The position numbers and the translations under genes were made by a program. DNA of 32,000 bases from Vibrio vulnificus CMCP6. Its GTDB lineage: Bacteria > Pseudomonadota > Gammaproteobacteria > Enterobacterales > Vibrionaceae. Positions 27,822 through 32,000 of this stretch are shown here, piece after piece (within the stretch, counting starts at the first letter, position 1; each line of letters opens with the position of its first letter). The stretch spans positions 2,271,127 to 2,303,126 of the forward strand of contig NC_004459.3 of NCBI RefSeq assembly GCF_000039765.1, in the 5' to 3' direction. The notes below the pieces were generated by a model. The model did no database searches and was not told the DNA's origin. It saw only the letters and a program-made list of their open reading frames with translations.

Positions 27822-29054
27822 GTGTTGGAAATTGTCTTGAATATGCAGTATGACCCTGAAAAATCAATAAAAGTAGATATTTCAAACTTAACGATTGGCA
27901 TGTTTGTCACCGCGATTGAAAATAGTGAGCGGGTTAATTTGGCGAATGCAGGGCGTGTTCAGTCAGAAAAAGCGATTACCCGCTTATTTGAAAGTGGGGT
28001 GAAGTTTGTGTGGGTAGACGCAGGCTTATCGGCTAAAAATTGTGTGATTAAACCAGCGCCAAAGGTTGATAACACTGAATCGCAAGTCGTGACAGAATCC
28101 CATTCACCAACGCCACGTAAGCAGCCAAAGAGTCGCGCCTCTAATCAAAAGAAAGCCAAAAAGCTGATTGCAGAAGCCAAAGGCCTTGCTCAAAAGCTCC
28201 TTAACCAAACCTTTGAAGGCAAAGTGATTCTGGTTGATGAGATTGAGGACTGGGCTGAGGATATGATTGAAGCTGCATTGGTGGATTCAGATGCCTTGCA
28301 GTGTGTTTCTGCCTTGCGCCAAAAGGACACCTATTTGCTGGAACACTCGGTGAATGTCGCCTGTTTGTTAGTGACCTTTGGCAAACATTTGGGCTTGGAG
28401 CGTGAAACGCTCAAACAGATGGCGATAGGTGGGATCATTCACGATATCGGCAAGATCAAAGTAAACGATGAAGTGCTGCATAAACCAGCGCGACTAACGC
28501 CTGAAGAGTTTGAACACATGAAGCTCCATCAGGTGTTTGCCGAAGAGATCATTGTGCATGTTGAAGGGCTAAGCGATGTGAGCCGTGATGTCTGTTTAAT
28601 GCACCATGAAAAGCTTGATGGAAATGGTTACCCAAAAGGGTTAAAAGGGGATGAAATACCACTCCATGGTCGTATGAGTTGTATCGTTGATATCTATGAT
28701 GCGCTCACGGCAGACCGATGCTACAAGCAAGGAATGAGTTCTGCCGAAGCCTTTAAAATCATACTCGGCTTAACCCCATTTCACTTAGATCCTGATCTGG
28801 TTTACAAATTCATCAACTGCATTGGCGTCTACCCAGTGGGGTCTATTGTCGAATTGAACGATGGTCGAGTCGGAATCGTCTGGACCTCTAACCCGACTCA
28901 GCCTTTGAAGCCGGAAGTAAAGTGTTTCTACTCACGTAAATACAAACGTTTTGTCGATGTGGCGATGGTAGATTTAAAACACAGTTCGCTAAAAATTGAA
29001 AAAGCGGTGGCGCCCTCAAGCTTGGAAGTGGACGCCAAACCTTTCTACGATTAA
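27822..29054 (+). CDS. DUF3391-like N-terminus + HD-GYP domain phosphodiesterase
   Basis: GTG 27822 (alternative ATG 27843). KVDISNLTIGMFVTAIE, EHSVNVACLLV, IGGIIHDIGKIKVNDEVLHKPARLTPEEF, LMHHEKLDGNGYPKGLKGDEIPLHGRMSCIVDIYDALTADR. Confidence 0.92.
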   Translation: MLEIVLNMQYDPEKSIKVDISNLTIGMFVTAIENSERVNLANAGRVQSEKAITRLFESGVKFVWVDAGLSAKNCVIKPAPKVDNTESQVVTESHSPTPRKQPKSRASNQKKAKKLIAEAKGLAQKLLNQTFEGKVILVDEIEDWAEDMIEAALVDSDALQCVSALRQKDTYLLEHSVNVACLLVTFGKHLGLERETLKQMAIGGIIHDIGKIKVNDEVLHKPARLTPEEFEHMKLHQVFAEEIIVHVEGLSDVSRDVCLMHHEKLDGNGYPKGLKGDEIPLHGRMSCIVDIYDALTADRCYKQGMSSAEAFKIILGLTPFHLDPDLVYKFINCIGVYPVGSIVELNDGRVGIVWTSNPTQPLKPEVKCFYSRKYKRFVDVAMVDLKHSSLKIEKAVAPSSLEVDAKPFYD

Positions 29055-29077
29055 ACAACGTAAAGAGAGTTCGAGTC

Positions 29078-29109
29078 AAAGCGCATCACAGGTGGATGCG
29101 CTTTTTAAT
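29078..29109 (+). terminator. Rho-independent terminator of the HD-GYP gene
   Basis: AAAGCGCATC-ACAGGTG-GATGCGCTTT followed by TTAATTT. Confidence 0.82.
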
Positions 29110-29238
29110 TTGTGAGCCATAATGCGAAGTAATCTGTATGTTTGAAACAGTTACGCAACAGAATTGAATCTATCTCAAACCATTCACCGCTATTTTGCCT
29201 TACACTCTAAGTCATTAATCTAATAATCATTAAAATCA

Positions 29239-31974
29239 ATGTCTCGATTTCGTTTGTTGCACTTAACATTACGCAGCCGCACTGCGCTCTATTTTGGCTT
29301 AGGATTGACTGGTGTCATCTTGAGCACGCTTTTTATTACCCGAACGTTTTTCCTTTACAGTCTCGATGAGCTGGAAAATCTTGAAGTCAGCCGCGCCAAT
29401 AAACAAGCTCAGGCCGTCATCGAAATGATGATCAGCCTGCAAGAAGATCGCTCCTACGATTGGGCGTATTGGGATGAAACGTATCAACTGTTCACGGAAG
29501 GGGATATTGCTGGTTACCGTGATCGCAACTTATATCAAGAAAGTTTAGACACGCTTAGCCTCGATATGATGGCGTTTGTTTCCTTAAAAGGTGAGGTGGT
29601 TGAATCGCTCGTCCGCGACCAAGGTGACAGTGCTTATAACCCGCTGGTGAGCCAAATAGTGGCGAATGACAGCGTTAAGTCACACTTTACGAAAATGAAC
29701 AGCATGCTTGATCTTTATCGTGAAAGTGAAGCGGGTTTGCTGTTGATTGATGAGCAATTGTGGGTGATTAGTTTAACGCCAGTACGCGACAGTGAAGGAG
29801 TGTCTGCCTCCAGTGGGTGGTTGATTTGGGGGCAAAATCTGAGCGAACGTTTTCCTGGTAACTTCGATGCAATCCTAACTGCAGACAACAAATTGTTGGG
29901 CTTGAGTCAGTTACAACTGCCGAGCGAGAGCGTGCAGCTGTCTGAAAATACATGGGTCCATCGTGATAAAGAGACGGTGGTTGAGTGGTCTTCGGTCTAT
30001 GGCATGTCAGGTGAACAGGTGGCTTATTTGCAAACCACGGAGCTGCGTGTTCACTATTTGAAAGGGCATCGGCTCTTTTTGTACCTTATTGGCATTGTGG
30101 TGTTGGTTGCGGGCTTGATCGCCTTAGCGACATTTATGCTGTTTAAAAAACGTGTCTCCACTCGATTTGCCGATTTTGAACAAAGTGTCATGCAGTTGTT
30201 CTCGAAATATCAGTTGGATGATCTCTCTAATCGACGCACGGATGAACTTGAACGCATTACTCAATTAGTCGAAGTGCTGGCCGAGAATACCTCCTTAACG
30301 CAAGATAAGTTGCAGGACACACTGCAAAAATTTGACGCACTCTATCAACATCGCTCAATGGGCATGTTGTTAGTGGTGGACAAAGAAATCATCGACATCA
30401 ATCAGGCGGCCTTAGAATTACTCGGTTATCAGAAAGGTGATTTAGTACACCAAGAGCTCAACGTGTTGTGTAAAGTGGACGAGAATCAACCTGAGTGCAA
30501 GGTCGATCAAATGTACCAAGCGTTGTCAAATGGGGTCACACAGTTTGAAGCCACGATGCTCACTCGAGAAGGGCAAGAAATTGAATGTTTGATTGATGTG
30601 AATCTCATTCATCATGAAAACCAACAAGCACTCATGCTTTCTGTTAGTGACATGAGTGAACAGAAGAAACAAGCGCGAATGATCAAAGATTTGGTTGGTC
30701 GAGACCCAGTGTCAGGTTTGTATAATCGCCCGGCTATCCTTGCGCGTTTGGATGACCTTATCCAACATCAGCCTAACCAATTCTCCTTCCTTTATATTTC
30801 CATCGACAGATTGAAACAGGTGTCAGAAGTGTATGGTCATCTCATTTTTGATGACACGATTAACTATATTGCTGCGGTGTTTGGGGCGGAGTTAAGGCCG
30901 TTTGAAGTGGGCCGGATTAGTGAATTTGAATTTATCGCCATAATTGAAGACGTTGAACAGTGTGATGATGCGATCCAGTGTGCGACTCATTTTATGGATG
31001 TACTTTCGCGTAAAACACACATCTTAGGCATCGAGTTGGACTTGAGCTGTCAGATTGCCATCGCCGATCCTGAAATCACCCACCACTCGCTTGGCTATTT
31101 GTTGCAATCGGGCTCTTTTGCGGTGCAGAGATTCCAGCACAAAGCGGTGACAGAGGTGATACAAATTGGCGCGGATGTAGCGAAGCGGGCGCAAAGTGCT
31201 CTGGTGATCAGCCGAGATATTTCTCAGGCTATTCGAGACAAAGCGATCATTGCTCACTATCAACCGATAGTGGATACAGAAAGTGGCAAGGTCAATGGCT
31301 TTGAAGCCTTAGCACGCTGGATTCACCCAGAGCTGGGGTTTGTTCCGCCAGATGTGTTTATTGAGCTCGCAGAGCAGCACCAATTGATCGTAGAGCTTGG
31401 CGAGTCCATTCTTCGTCAGGCGTGCCAATTTATATCCACGCTTAATCGCACTCGAGCGGACAACGGATTGAACCCTTTAACGGTGCATGTCAATTTGAGT
31501 GCGATGCACTTTTACCACGCGCGCTTGCCAGACGCACTACGTCATGTCATGGACGAGTTTGACATTGCTCCGGGTCAGTTGGTGATTGAGATTACAGAAA
31601 GCACGTTACTTGGCATTGAGTCAGAGACGTTGGAGCGAACCAAAGAGATCAAGTCACTTGGAATTCAACTGGCATTGGATGATTTCGGCACGGGCTATTC
31701 CTCTTTTAGTACGCTTTGTTCCTTCCCACTCGACATCGTGAAACTGGATAAATCGTACATCGATCAGTTGGAGAACAACGATAGAGCGAGAACACTCATT
31801 CGCAGTATCGCGTCCATGGCAAAAGAGCTCGGTTTAACCACCGTAGCCGAAGGCGTGGAAACCGCCAGCCAATTACGTAAACTCAAAATTTGGCACGTAG
31901 ACGAAATCCAAGGCTACTATTTTTATAGGCCCATGCCGGAATCGGAGGCGCTGAAGGCGTTTGATCGACAGTAA
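29239..31974 (+). CDS. CHASE4-PAS-(degenerate GGDEF)-EAL membrane protein, predicted c-di-GMP phosphodiesterase
   Basis: N-terminal TM, CHASE4-like DRSYDWAYWDETYQLFTEGDIAGYRDRNL, TM LFLYLIGIVVLVAGLIALATFMLF, PAS-like region, GGDEF position reads SEFEF, EAL: FEALARWIHPELGFVPP, VNLSAMHF, IEITEST, LDDFGTGYSS, VKLDKSYID, VAEGVET, IQGYYFYRPM. Confidence 0.92.
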   Translation: MSRFRLLHLTLRSRTALYFGLGLTGVILSTLFITRTFFLYSLDELENLEVSRANKQAQAVIEMMISLQEDRSYDWAYWDETYQLFTEGDIAGYRDRNLYQESLDTLSLDMMAFVSLKGEVVESLVRDQGDSAYNPLVSQIVANDSVKSHFTKMNSMLDLYRESEAGLLLIDEQLWVISLTPVRDSEGVSASSGWLIWGQNLSERFPGNFDAILTADNKLLGLSQLQLPSESVQLSENTWVHRDKETVVEWSSVYGMSGEQVAYLQTTELRVHYLKGHRLFLYLIGIVVLVAGLIALATFMLFKKRVSTRFADFEQSVMQLFSKYQLDDLSNRRTDELERITQLVEVLAENTSLTQDKLQDTLQKFDALYQHRSMGMLLVVDKEIIDINQAALELLGYQKGDLVHQELNVLCKVDENQPECKVDQMYQALSNGVTQFEATMLTREGQEIECLIDVNLIHHENQQALMLSVSDMSEQKKQARMIKDLVGRDPVSGLYNRPAILARLDDLIQHQPNQFSFLYISIDRLKQVSEVYGHLIFDDTINYIAAVFGAELRPFEVGRISEFEFIAIIEDVEQCDDAIQCATHFMDVLSRKTHILGIELDLSCQIAIADPEITHHSLGYLLQSGSFAVQRFQHKAVTEVIQIGADVAKRAQSALVISRDISQAIRDKAIIAHYQPIVDTESGKVNGFEALARWIHPELGFVPPDVFIELAEQHQLIVELGESILRQACQFISTLNRTRADNGLNPLTVHVNLSAMHFYHARLPDALRHVMDEFDIAPGQLVIEITESTLLGIESETLERTKEIKSLGIQLALDDFGTGYSSFSTLCSFPLDIVKLDKSYIDQLENNDRARTLIRSIASMAKELGLTTVAEGVETASQLRKLKIWHVDEIQGYYFYRPMPESEALKAFDRQ

Positions 31975-32000
31975 GCGTTCTGCTTTGGGGTTTATGCAAT

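Noticed and set aside
1-32000. CRISPR arrays, tRNA/rRNA genes, prophage or toxin-antitoxin modules
   Set aside because: No periodic direct repeats, transposases, integrases, phage structural genes or typical TA pairs seen on either strand.

Overview
Ordinary chromosomal (non-mobile-looking) segment of a gamma-proteobacterium, most likely a Vibrio (V. vulnificus-like; inferred from gene content and protein style, not from a search). About 23 complete protein genes and one protein gene truncated at the left edge can be supported. Housekeeping/metabolic genes: queD, sdaC-sdaA, nudL, pabB, class I fumarase, ycjX-ycjF-tyrR, rimJ-like, HD hydrolase, DUF2947-like, a DASS/SLC13 transporter, and an AEC transporter. 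Signalling genes are unusually dense: a truncated membrane protein with a periplasmic c-type heme motif, a ToxR/CadC-like winged-helix + TM + EAL protein, an H-NOX/hybrid kinase pair, a cyclic-nucleotide-binding-like histidine kinase with a receiver protein directly behind the DASS transporter, an intact GGEEF cyclase with an I-site, PAS-(degenerate GGDEF)-EAL, HD-GYP, and CHASE4-PAS-(degenerate GGDEF)-EAL. Several rho-independent terminator-like hairpins are also visible. I saw no CRISPR, tRNA/rRNA, prophage or IS element. I do not see a clearly new multi-gene system. The best leads are the DASS/CNB-kinase/REC operon, the DNA-binding EAL membrane protein, the c-heme sensor and the phosphodiesterase-biased c-di-GMP gene set.
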